From: Zygnema circumcarinatum SAG 698-1b
Lineage: Eukaryota; Plantae; Zygnematophyceae
Direction: 5' to 3'
DNA: 64,000 nt
NCBI GenBank assembly: GCA_037447605.1
Contig: CM074817.1
Location: 1,612,001 to 1,676,000, forward strand
Positions 37,481 to 51,031 of the stretch are shown here, piece after piece. Within the stretch, counting starts at the first letter, position 1; each line of letters starts with the position of its first letter. The notes beneath the pieces were generated by a model, which saw nothing but the letters and a program-made list of their open reading frames with translations, did no database searches and was not told the origin of the DNA. A program made the translations under genes and the position numbers.

Positions 37481-38465
37481 TCACACGGGTGATTTCTGCA
37501 TGGCCTGACCTTCTTCGCTCGCCGCCATCGCCCCCCTCCCATCCGTCGTCTTCTTGTTTTTTTGTATGTTTTCAACGAATTCAAGCTTCACTTCATCTTC
37601 TGGTTTCGAATGCTCTTCTTTATCCTTCTCCTCCGCAGCAGCAGCAGCAGCAGATGGTCCAATTGGTCCATTTGGAGGCGTTTTGGTTGCTCTGGACCTA
37701 AAACCGTCATATCTGATTTTCATAATTATGAGCGAACTCATAAGAAAGACGTCAGCAATCATTGGAATCAGAACAGGCCACAGAGTGTAGGCGAGTCCGT
37801 ATATTGCGACGAGGGCGAAGCCGACAACAAAAAGTGCTTGCCTGCAAAAAACGAGCAGGACAATGCCATTCAGTAGACTTCAGATATCATCAAATGGCCC
37901 GGATCAAGACTAGCAGTTTTCTTCCTGGTTTGAACCATTCTATCCAGCACTTCTTCGCATTCAAGAGTGCTAGAGTAAGAGTACTTCAAATATTGTAAAT
38001 GTATATTTAGTAAGAAAGTTATCAAGCAGAAAATGATTTCCCGGCGTGTAATCCGCTTCACATTGCTCGTTTACGAAAAAAATATAGGCCACATATGACC
38101 TTCCTACGTCTGACTATTAATAGAAGTGAAAATTCCAGTATTATAAATTTTTCATACGCAGAAAAACAAGAAAAATGATTAGCAAGAGCCCCGAAATCCC
38201 ACATCGTACAACTGTCGACCCACTCCCTCCTTCCCCCCAACTTCAAGAACCTCCAAACCTTCTTCCAACCTCCTTCCAACGTCCTTCAAACCCTAAAACC
38301 TCCATAGAAGAATCGGCCTCACCAGACATAGCTCAAATCTTTCGCGGACTTGGTCCGATACGTCTTGATGACCTGCGGCACCGTCGACAATGGGAAGACG
38401 ATCCCTCCCAGCAGACCGCATATGGAATAAAAATTGTTGAAATCCGAAGCTTCTCCCACCGCCAT
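37481..38465 (-). CDS. SemiSWEET/PQ-loop-like single-repeat protein, copy 3; exons 38465-38323, 37841-37481 (167 aa)
   Basis: Exon 1 is almost identical to copy 2. Exon 2 reads QALFVVGFALVAIYGLAYTLWPVLIPMIADVFLMSSLIIMKIRYD plus a hydrophilic tail. The intron position is the same. Confidence 0.82.
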
Positions 38466-39145
38466 CTTCCCCTTCAGATTCCTTCCCTCCTCTCCCCTCC
38501 CTCTCCTCCCTCCTCTCTCTCTCCCTTCCCCTCCCCTCCCTCCCTCCCCTCNNNNNNNNNNTCAGAACAGAGCTTCTCTAGACGCTCTTTCTCCCTCTCA
38601 CCCGGTGGCTGACGGACGGACGGACGGACTGCACGATTGACCGTACACTCTCAGCCGTCCTTGCACATTTTCGTACGCGTATGTCACAGCCGTCGCCCTC
38701 GGTCCGTAACGCACCGACACTCCAATGACGTGTCACGCTGCGCATGCGCCACGTGGCTGAGGGCCACGCTGGCAAAGTCCATGGCGCGGCACCGCGGCCG
38801 GCGTGCAGGGCGGCCGCCGGCCAATGCCGTGCGGACCGGAGGGGCGACCGGCGAATCTGAGCACGCCACGTGACGTGGATACGCGGCGGTAGGGGATTGA
38901 AGTCAATGGCGCCCCCGGAGCCTGGACGTCACGTGGCAGCTGCTGGATGTGACGGTGAGGACTCGTGTCGCTTGCTGGTTCGCTGGGGCTTGCCTCGAAC
39001 TGTCCGTCAGCGGGCGACGCGGCGTGTCGTGTATGGGGAGCGAGGTCGTTTCAACCGTTCGCACGTGCGAAATTATGTTCACCACGTGAGCCTTCAACTA
39101 ATAAATATCTAAATGTATGAAGTGCTTGAAAAATCTGAAAATATT

Positions 39146-39361
39146 AGGAGAGGTCAGACATTGACCATGGCCGTACGAAATTCCCGAATTTAGTTCCTGT
39201 ACAGTACAGTACTAAAAGTCAAAGGTTCGTGTACGAATTCCGGATCGGGATCCGGGGCTCCGCCGTACCCAGCCGTACCGAACTGCGTACCTAGCAAATG
39301 CTTAATTCGCCCGACAGGCTTAGTAAATTGATTTGGCCATGGTCAATGTCTGACTCCCCCT
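39146..39361. mobile_element. MITE with 27-bp TIRs (AGGRGR.GTCAGACATTGACCATGGCC) and ATT target duplication
   Basis: The TIRs are seen directly. The paralogous empty site at about 46986-47000 reads CTGAAAATATTCTAT, against filled CTGAAAAT-ATT-[element]-ATT-CTAT. Confidence 0.88.
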
Positions 39362-39670
39362 ATTCTATATTCAAACATTCGAATATAGAATTTGAAAATT
39401 CGAAAAATTGTCTTGTACGGCCTGCGAGGCATCCCTTCAATGGGGTTCGCAGCTAGATAAAGGCTCCTTCAAAGGCTCCAGCATTTTCCCTCGGAAAAAT
39501 TCAGCATTTCCGCACAAGCACTGTGGTACAGAATTTTCAATATTTCTTAACACGAAATTCTTCCTATGTTCAAAACTCAGAAACTGACTTCTGCGCATTT
39601 TACAGGGTTCGAACCCTTTCCGCCACAACCACCGGAATCACGGCCCGTAGCACCGACCACGTCTTCCTTA

Positions 39671-40099
39671 CAGTACAGTACCCCCCACCCCTAATATTTT
39701 CCACCCGAGTACTTTCGTTACCCAAGAAATTCGCCCTGATTTTGAGCAAACCACTTTTAGAACGGTAAGTCTGTGTTGATGTATTAGGGGTATTAACCTT
39801 ACCTGACCTATTTTTCAACACAAAATGTGTTAATCAAAACGGATTTCGAACATGGGCCACGCTATTCCGTTGTACGGCAAACCCGGATAACATCTCTAAA
39901 TCATACGGTATATGTAAGGCACCAATAGGAGCTCGTGTAGTTAAATGTACGGCACCAATAGGAGCTCGTGACAGGGCCCGCCGGGCGACCATGCGCCTCC
40001 GTACAGAGAAGAAACAGTACGGCCGCACGCCGGTCTCTAAACATAATACCGCCCGCCTATTGCCGAACCCATCGCGAAAAATATTACTGGGGGGTCCTG
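39671..40099. mobile_element. Tc1/mariner-type MITE (CAG termini, TA target)
   Basis: TA|CAGTAC...CCCCC...AATATTTT versus AAAATATTACTGGGGGGTCCTG|TA. It is absent from the paralogous site at about 47296 (CCTTACAAAC). Confidence 0.72.
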
Positions 40100-40500
40100 T
40101 ACAAACGAAACGTAAGGACATCGAGTCACAGCTCTGACTTCTATCGCTGTTTCAACACGATTCGGTACAGGGCTCTTTTTCTTTGCAAGGGGACCACAGC
40201 CACCTCAGCGCGCCGCGAAGTACTAGTTTCGGATCCAACCGCAGGCCGTAACCGAGCGCCGCCCCGCCCCGTCTGTGTAAGTTCGTCAGTGCTCGTCGGC
40301 GGCCGCGGCCTCGCTGGCGCCCCTCACCTCGCTATCGTGTCTCTCCCTCCTTCTCCCTCCCCCCCTCCATTTAACCCCTCACCTCCCTCTCATCCGCTCC
40401 CCTCCCCTTCCCTCCCCTCCTTTTCCCTCCCTCCCTCCCTCCCCTCCCCTCCCACCGTCCCTTCCTTTTTTCCTCACTCGCCCGAAATTGCTAGCGCGTT

Positions 40501-43435
<2,935 letters not shown>

Positions 43436-43820
43436 AAACTGTTGGCGAAGCAAAGCCAGTAAGGGGGCCCTCACTTTTTGGGTCGTACCCATGTGAAGGA
43501 TTTGGGATGCATTTGTTTATTTTTATATTTGTCAGCAGTGCCAAAGGCAACCGCTATTGTAATCCTCCCTCCGCCTGTGAAACAATCCATGCAGTGACAT
43601 GTAGTTGGGGGAGGAGGAGGGTGCAACTTGAGGGGAGCTCACGTGTCACTTTTTTGCAGCTTGTAGGGAAATTTACCACTTTAGCCCTTTCCATTCATAG
43701 AACATTCACAGTGCGGAATAGCATCATTGCACAGGTCGAACCTTTGGATCAATCATTGGCAATGATTGCCAGCCATTGATTCACGACACAAGCAACCATT
43801 GCCAACGGATAGGGATTTTC

Positions 43821-43980
43821 TTATACCTTGTAGACGCGCGCGCTTCGTACATTCAAATCACCATCCGTACACCCGACGAAAAAAAGGTCTGTATCTATTC
43901 TGAAAAGTATGAAACAGCATTTTTCGCAAAAAAAATCCTTTGTACAAGCTGCCCGGTGAAAAAGTGACTACATTCAGAAA
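43821..43980. mobile_element. Truncated arm of the foldback MITE family
   Basis: TTATACCTTGTAGACGCGCGCGCTTCGTACATT...CTGAAAAGT.TGAAACAGC matches 21060-21215 and 45403-45560. Confidence 0.8.
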
Positions 43981-44589
43981 AAGGGCACTAGCACTTCCCT
44001 TTGCCAAAACCATGGCGAAAATATGAAGACCCACTACTAGGGGGTGTCAGACTTAACAAAATGTTACGAATATCGAGTTTTTAGTATTACGAGAATCGAG
44101 GTTACTAAGTACTAAAAATCATCGCGCCCTCGAACCTAAACCGAACTGAACGGAAGTCAACTGTGCTAAGTCAACGGGTCAACGTTGCGAAGATTGACCC
44201 GTGGGGTTTACTGAAAAGGGCACTTCTTCGCACGATTTTGTTCGCACCCAAAAGAGGCGCCGAAATGGACGTGCGAAGAAAATACTGGCGAAAATCGCGT
44301 CAACGTGACGTCATGGTTGTTTTCCCGGCTTCCCGGCCGCGCCCGCGCCCGCCCGTGACGCGCAACACGACACAACGACAAGCGGCCTCCGCGCGCCGCG
44401 CCGGCGCTGTTTCTAAGTCTGAGGGCCCCGCGCGAGGGCGAAGTTGCGAAGACGGCGTTTGGAGAAGTGCGAAGACGGCGATCGCGGAGTGCGAACAGGA
44501 CCGCGCCGCGAGTGCGAAAAACTACGCTCGAGAATTTTAGTTTTACTAACGTTGACTCGAAATGTTACGAATATCGAATTTTTAGTATT

Positions 44590-44868
44590 AGGGGGAGTCA
44601 GACCTTGACCAGCGCCAAACCAATTCCGCGAGCCCCTCGGGCCAATTCCGCGTTGTACGGCAGGCCTTTTTCGCCAAAAGTGGACGTTCGACAGGCTCGG
44701 GCGCCGAGCCTGTATCTCATTTTTGTAACCTATTTCGAAGTACGGACGGGACAGACAGGCTCGGGGGGAGCCGCGGTTTCCGACCCGAATTCTGCAATCG
44801 AAATCAATACCTTTCCGCCGGCGGAATCTTTCAATTCCGCGGGCGATGGTCAAGGTCTGACTCCCCCT
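44590..44868. mobile_element. 279-bp MITE, 22-bp perfect TIR AGGGGGAGTCAGACCTTGACCA, ATT TSD
   Basis: Filled site TTTTTAGT-ATT-[..]-ATT-ACGAGAAT versus the in-window empty site TTTTTAGTATTACGAGAAT at about 44078-44097. Confidence 0.92.
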
Positions 44869-44885
44869 ATTACGAGAATATTTTA

Positions 44886-45588
44886 AGGGGGGCGACTATT
44901 TACAGTGTACGTTTTCTGAATGTAGTGTACGTTTTCGGGGGGCAGCAAAAAAATCCTTTTTTTGGCTGCCCGGCGCTGTTTCATACTTTTCAGAATACAT
45001 ACAGACCTTTTTTCGTCGGATGTACGGATAGTGATTTGAAATGTACGAAGCGCGCGCGTCTACAAGGTATAAGGGCGCAACACGTGGAGCGACATGATTG
45101 GTCGCGGCAACATAAGACGTGACAAGTATGTTTGGGACCGTGACGTGACGAAACGAGACGCGACAAAAGTGGAGTCCGCGGACGGCAGTCGGAAATGGCG
45201 GGAATTAAAACTGACAGAAAAAGATAGGGCACATAACGTAGCGTGTTTCAGGAAAAATCTGTCAGTTTTTTTCCCGCCATTTCCGACTGCCGTCCGCGGA
45301 CTCCACTTTTGTCGCGTCTCGTTTCGTCACGTCACGGTCCCAAACATACTTGTCACGTCATATGTTGCCGCGACCAATCATGTCGCTCCACGTGTTGCGC
45401 CCTTATACCTTGTAGACGCGCAGGCGTCGTACATTTCAAATCACTATCCGTACATCCAACGAAAAAAGGTCTGTATGTATTCTGAAAAGTATGAAACAGC
45501 GCCGGGCAGCCAAAAAAAGGATTTTTTTGCTGCCCCCCGAACACGTATACTACATTCAGAAAACGTACACTGTAAATAGTCGCCCCCT
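44886..45588. mobile_element. Foldback MITE: near-perfect palindrome with arms of about 330 bp and a 39-bp spacer (45219-45257)
   Basis: The left arm is the reverse complement of the right arm along its whole length. Termini are AGGGGG(G)CGAC...GTCGCCCCCT. Confidence 0.92.
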
Positions 45589-45612
45589 ATTTTAAGTCTG
45601 ACACCCCCTAAT

Positions 45613-45891
45613 AGGGGGAGTCAGACCTTGACCATCGCCCCCGGAATTGGAAGATTCCGCCTGCGGAAAGGTATTGATTTCGATTGCAGAATTCGGGTCG
45701 GAAACCGTGGCTCCCCCCGAACCTGTCTGTCCCGTCCGTACTTCGAAATAGGTTACAAAAATGAGATACAGGCTCGGCGTCCGAGCCTGTCGAACGTCCA
45801 CTTTTGGCGAAAAAGGCCTGCCGTACAACGCGGAATTGGCCCGACGGCCTCGCGGAATTGGTTTGGCGCTGGTCAAGGTCTGACTCCCCCT
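45613..45891. mobile_element. 279-bp MITE, inverted copy of 44590-44868
   Basis: Same TIRs; the internal sequence is the reverse complement of 44590-44868. The flanks are AAT and ATT. Confidence 0.9.
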
Positions 45892-46500
45892 ATTCTCCCC
45901 GCACGTGCCGCCGTCAGTGGCGCTCGCTCTTCTCCCCTTCTTCTTGGCTTCGATACGATATGATACGGTACGATACAATACGAAACTCCCCGATACGGTA
46001 CTATCCGTACTAGCCGTACGAGCTGTAGTAGCCGTTACGGGCTCGAACTTAAACTCTCCGAATTTTCCCGCCCTTGCCGCCGCAAGAGGCCACGATAGTG
46101 TCAGTTGTCTCGATACGATACGGTACGATGCGGTACGATATACCAGCAAACGATACGATACGATACTAACGAACCTACATGAACTCTAACATGATTCCCC
46201 TCGTCTATTGGTAACACAGACCTAATATTTGCCAAAAACGATATTTTCGCCGGATATTCGCTATAACCAGGTGGAAAATATGATGGGGTCCTACTGTACT
46301 AGCAGTCACGGGCTTACGCAAAACTCACTTTATGACAACCTAGTACGGCCATGGTCAATGTCTGACCCCCCCTTAATGGCGTGCCGACGCCTGGAACGTC
46401 ACGTGGCAGCTGCTGGATGTGCGTGAAGGCACGTGTCGCTTGCCGGTTCGCTGAGGCTGCGTCAAAGTGTCCGTCAGCGGGCGGCAGGGCGTGTCGTGTA

Positions 46501-46879
46501 TAGGGATGGCCCGCTTTATAAAGTCCGATTACATTATATACTTTACAACGGGTTTAAAAGTAGTAATATAGTACAAAGTAAAACACTTTATTACATATAT
46601 TATACCCACTCGTTTTGAACAATTAACGACCGTACGACCGTACTCGTATGGTCGTACCGTACCAAAATTAGGTCGTTTTGGCGTTGGCGTTGCGAAATGC
46701 GTCCGTCTGGTTCACTCTGTCTGCTCGTGCATCCGTACCGCATAATACCGTACATTCGTACGACCGTACGACCGTACATATTGTAAAGGCGTTGTAAAGT
46801 ATTATATAACAGCCGTTATCTAGTCGTCACAGTTATATAATATAATATATATTATATAGTCGTAATTAAGCCATCCCTA
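46501..46879. mobile_element. hAT-type MITE (TIR TAGGGATGGC, 8-bp TSD GTCGTGTA)
   Basis: TSD copies at 46493-46500 and 46880-46887. The empty site lies in copy A (GGCGTGTCGTGTATGGGG, about 39020-39038). It carries internal CGTACGACCGTAC repeats. Confidence 0.9.
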
Positions 46880-47714
46880 GTCGTGTATAGGGAGCGAGCT
46901 CGTCCAACCGTTCGCCCGTGCGAAATGAAGTTCACCATTTGAGCAATCAACTAATGAATATCTAAATGTATGAAGTGTTTGAAAACTCTGAAAATATTCT
47001 ATATCAAACATTCGAATATAGAAATTGAAAATTCGAAAAATTGTCGTGTACGGCCTGCGAGCCATCCCTGATGTTCAGTGGGGTTCGTAGCAAGATAGAA
47101 GGCTTCTCCAGCATTTTCCCTCGGAAAATTTCAGCATTTCCGTACAAGCACTGTGGTACAGAATTTCCAATATTTCTTAATACGAAATTTTCCCATGTTC
47201 CAAACTCAGAAACGGATTTCAGCGCATTTTGCAGGGTTCGAACTCTGACCGCCACAACCACCGGAGTCACGGCCCGTAGCACCGACCACGACTTCCTTAC
47301 AAACAAACGTGTAAGGACATCGAGTCACAGCTTCCAGCTCTGACTTCTGGCGCTGTTTCAACACGATTCGGTACAGGCCTCTTTTACTTTGCTCCGGGAC
47401 CGCAGCTACCTCAGCGCGCCGCGAAGTACTCGTTTCGGGTCCAACCGCGGGCCGTCACTGTCCTCGACGACGAGCGCCGCCCCGCCCCGTCCGTAAGTCC
47501 GTGCTCGTCCGCGGCCGCGCCCACTCGCTGGCGACGTTCACCTCGCTGCCGTGTCTCTCCCTCCTTCTCCCTCCCCCCCTCCCTTTATCCCCTCACCTCC
47601 CTCTCCTTCCCGCTCCCCTCCCCTCCTCGCCCTTTCCCTCCCTCTTTCCCTCCCTGCCTCCCCGTACACCGTCCCATCCTTTTTTCCTCTCTCGCTCGAA
47701 ATTGCTAAAGCGTT

Positions 47715-50087
47715 ATGAATGCGGTAGGTGGAGAGCAAGATGCATTCAACGCCCCCGCATTGCTGACGGAGAAAGGAGGATACGAGAGTGAGAGGCGTGG
47801 TCTGTCTGTGGCGACGTCGAGGAGATGGGACCATCGGTGGGTAGTGACGCTAGCCGGCGCAATGGCAGCGTTGGCATTGCTGCTAGTCATCGCCCAGTAC
47901 TTCGTGGAAGTGGGGAAGGTGGCAACGGCGGCGGAGGTCTGGCAGCAGCTGGAGGGGGGAGGCCGCCTGCTGGAACTTTTGGGCAAAGCCGATAGGCAGC
48001 TGCCCGTCTTCGCCTTCTTCATTACAGGTGGGGTGGGGGCGGAGGGAGGAGAAGGGAAAGGGAGGAAAGAAAATTTTGAATAAATTTGAATTTGATTAAT
48101 TTTATCTGAATGAGTTGATTCGAACCCCCCCCAATGGGCACTCACCCCGCCTCCGCAGGCACCCAAGGCGAGGTGGCGAGCATGCAGCGGGTGCTGTACG
48201 CCGTGTACCACCCCCGCAACGAGTACCTCCTCCACTTCGACGGCTCTGCCCCCGCGGAGGAGCACGCGGCGGTCGCGCAGTTCGTGCGGGACGAGCGCGC
48301 GTTCGCGGAGGCGGAGAACGTGCGCGTCGTGACGCGGCCCAACGCGGTAACGTACAAGGGCGCGTCGATAACGGCCACGACCCTGCACGGCATCGCGCTG
48401 CTCCTGCGGCAGCGCGCGGACTGGGACTGGTTCGTTAACCTCAGCGCAACCGACTACCCGCTCGTCACGCCCGACGGTAGCCGCCCGCCGCTCTCTCTCT
48501 CTCTCCCACTCTCTCTCTCGCTCTCTCTTTCGCGCACGCGCTTTCTCCCACTCCCCGCTCCCACTTTGCCTCTCTCTCTCTCGTTCAGGCCCGCGCTTTC
48601 GCATTACCGCATTCTCGTTCGTGCCAAATTGTGATACGCAGATTTGTTGCAAGTCTTTTCCACTCTCCCGCGGCATCTCAATTTCGTGGCACACAGCGTT
48701 AACCAAACGAAGTTGATGTGCGACTCTTCCTCCTCTACCTCCTCCTCGAAAACTTTCAGTCTCCGCCTCCCTCTCTTCCTCAGCTCCATTGCCAAGCACT
48801 CGGAACACAGAGTGTATTTTAGCTGCACTGTCCCTATAAAGTTGACTGTTTCCGAGGATTAGTGACAGAAAAAATACTTTCAAAATTTGAGTCCCGTGTC
48901 TCATACAAGTCTTCCGAGGGATGGCGGAGCTTCACCTGCAGGCAACTTCGGGGAACCTTATGTTTGTGGATTCGGAATTTTCCAGCGGGGAGAAGGAACT
49001 TGTCCCTGTGAAGTACAACCGATCCATGCCCACTGCCTTCAATCAATATAAAGGTTACTCTCTTACCCTCCTTTCAGGATCCTTAATTTATGCTTGAGGG
49101 TTCCATTATCAAGATTTATGTTCCAGGATTCTAAACTTTATTCTCGTGCTTACACCCGCCGCGGCGTGCAGGCTCGGCGTGGGTGGTTCTGAGCCGCGCC
49201 TTTTCGGAGTACACGATTTTCGGATACGAAAATTTTCCTCGCACGCTTCTGCTGTACTTCGCCAACAGTCTGAGCTCGACGGAGCACTACTTCCAAACGC
49301 TCATCTGCAACTCGCGGGTCTTCAACTCCTCTGTGGTCAATATGGACCTGCACCACGTCAAGTGGGAAGGAGGGCAGGCAAGGGGGTGGCTGGCCCTCGT
49401 GGTTTCTCGTATGGGATTGATTTGATGGTTCGTATGTGTAATCTTTTTCTTGTGGGTATTTTTTTTGGAGGCTTCAAGGCTTGCATGCGATTGATTTGAA
49501 GTTTGTCCAGATACACGTCATTCATTTTTAAACATTTAAGCGTTTTTTTTTTTTCCTGACGGGATCGTGCTTCTGCAGCATCCGCTAACGCTCAATACTT
49601 CGCATTTCCCACTGTTTGCTAAACGGGGAATCCCTTTTGCGAGGAAATTCGGTAATGGCTCAGAAGAAGTTTTGGCGAAAATTGACCAGTGAGTCATCTA
49701 AAGCCAAGGATCTGTCTGTTCATGCGATGCGGAACTTTGACCAAACGAAGTGACTAATGAATGAGTGAATGAACTGGTTACTGATTAGTCAGCGCCTTGA
49801 AATGAGCATCTTATAATTGACCCGTTAGAAATCAAACTGATTCATTTTTATCTCTTGGGTGCAGGGAGCTTCTGTATCGAGGTCAGAGCCGGTTTGTTAG
49901 AGGGGGATGGTGCGTTGGGCCTCTCTCGGGGGGGAGGGACCCGTGCGATACAATAGGCGACTTATCGGTTTTGAATATCACAGACAATGTGAAGCGCTTC
50001 GAGCAACGCATTCATGACTTTTCAAATCCAAAGGTTTACCCAAAGTGCATGCAATTATTTAAATTGTTGGCGGAGCAAAGCCACTAG
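47715..50087 (+). pseudogene. GT14 glycosyltransferase copy B, probable pseudogene; exons 47715-48027, 48159-48476, 48642-48717, 48942-49053, 49172-49377, 49579-49688, 49865-50087
   Basis: The GT14 identity is clear. Exon 4 is 112 nt against 113 nt in copy A (CGGGGAAC vs CGGGGGAGA), which shifts the frame to a TGA in exon 4. A sequencing error in the G-run is possible. Confidence 0.62.
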
Positions 50088-51031
50088 TGGTCTCTCACTT
50101 TTAAGGTCGTACCCATGTAGGGAAATTGGGATATATTTGTTTATTTTTATATTTGTCAGCAGTGCCGAAGGTAACCGCTATTGTAATCCTCCCTCCGCCT
50201 GTGAAACAATCCATGCAGTGACATGTAGTTGGGGGAGGAGGAGGGTGCAACTTGAGGGTCACGTGTCGCTTTTTTGCAGCTTGTAGGGATATTTACCACT
50301 TTGGCCCTTTCCATTCATAGAACATTCACAGTGCGGAATAGCATCATTGCACAGGTCGAACCTTTGGATCAACCATTGGCAATGATTGCCAGTCATTGAT
50401 TCACGAAACAACCAACCATTGCCAATGGATAGGGATTTTCGTCATATATTTTGCTTTTCAGGTCCCCTTGCAACATATTTCTTAAAGCTCGGTGCTTCCT
50501 GTAACTAGACCGGGATTTAGTCTCACCCCTTGATCTCTCAAAGACCAGCCATCCAGCTTCCAACAGTGCCTCAGTCGTGAAAACCGCCGGTTCCTTGCAG
50601 ATCCTTTGTGGGCGATTTGTTTCTCGTGGTTCCCCATGTTGACTTTCTGCGTGTGCATGTCATTCGATAAGGGTCATGCGTCACGTCACGTCACATCACG
50701 TCTTGCCATATCGCGATCACGGCGAGTCGGGCGAACAGCATACCGCAGCAACGCAACACGTCGGCGCCACGTCGGCGCCACGTCGACACCACGTTGGCCT
50801 AAAGGAGACTGAGCACGCGACGGCGCGCACAGCGGTAAACCTCTCGTCCTAAACCGAGACGGCCACGTGGCGACACGTGATTGGACAATTTTCACATTAC
50901 GTACTGTACTGTAAAAGATGTTCCGTGCCGTACAGTACGGCTACACAACCATTTTTTCTGAGAAGCCCTGGGCTGGCCTGGCCTCTCCTGGAGCCCAGAG
51001 GGAGGGAAGGAGGAAAGTTGTAGGCTGCAGT

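Larger units (their letters stand above)
44039..45609. mobile_element. Non-autonomous TIR element (18-bp TIR AGGGGGTGTCAGACTTAA) hosting two nested MITEs
   Basis: Perfect inverted termini. The flanks are ACT and AAT (both ANT, but not identical). Confidence 0.8.
46375..50440 (+). repeat. Segmental tandem duplication, copy B
   Basis: Colinear with 38905-43820. Confidence 0.9.

Noticed and set aside
39590-39640. GGTTCGAACCC B-box-like palindrome (also at about 47236), suggesting a tRNA or SINE
   Set aside because: I could not find an A box or a cloverleaf on either strand.
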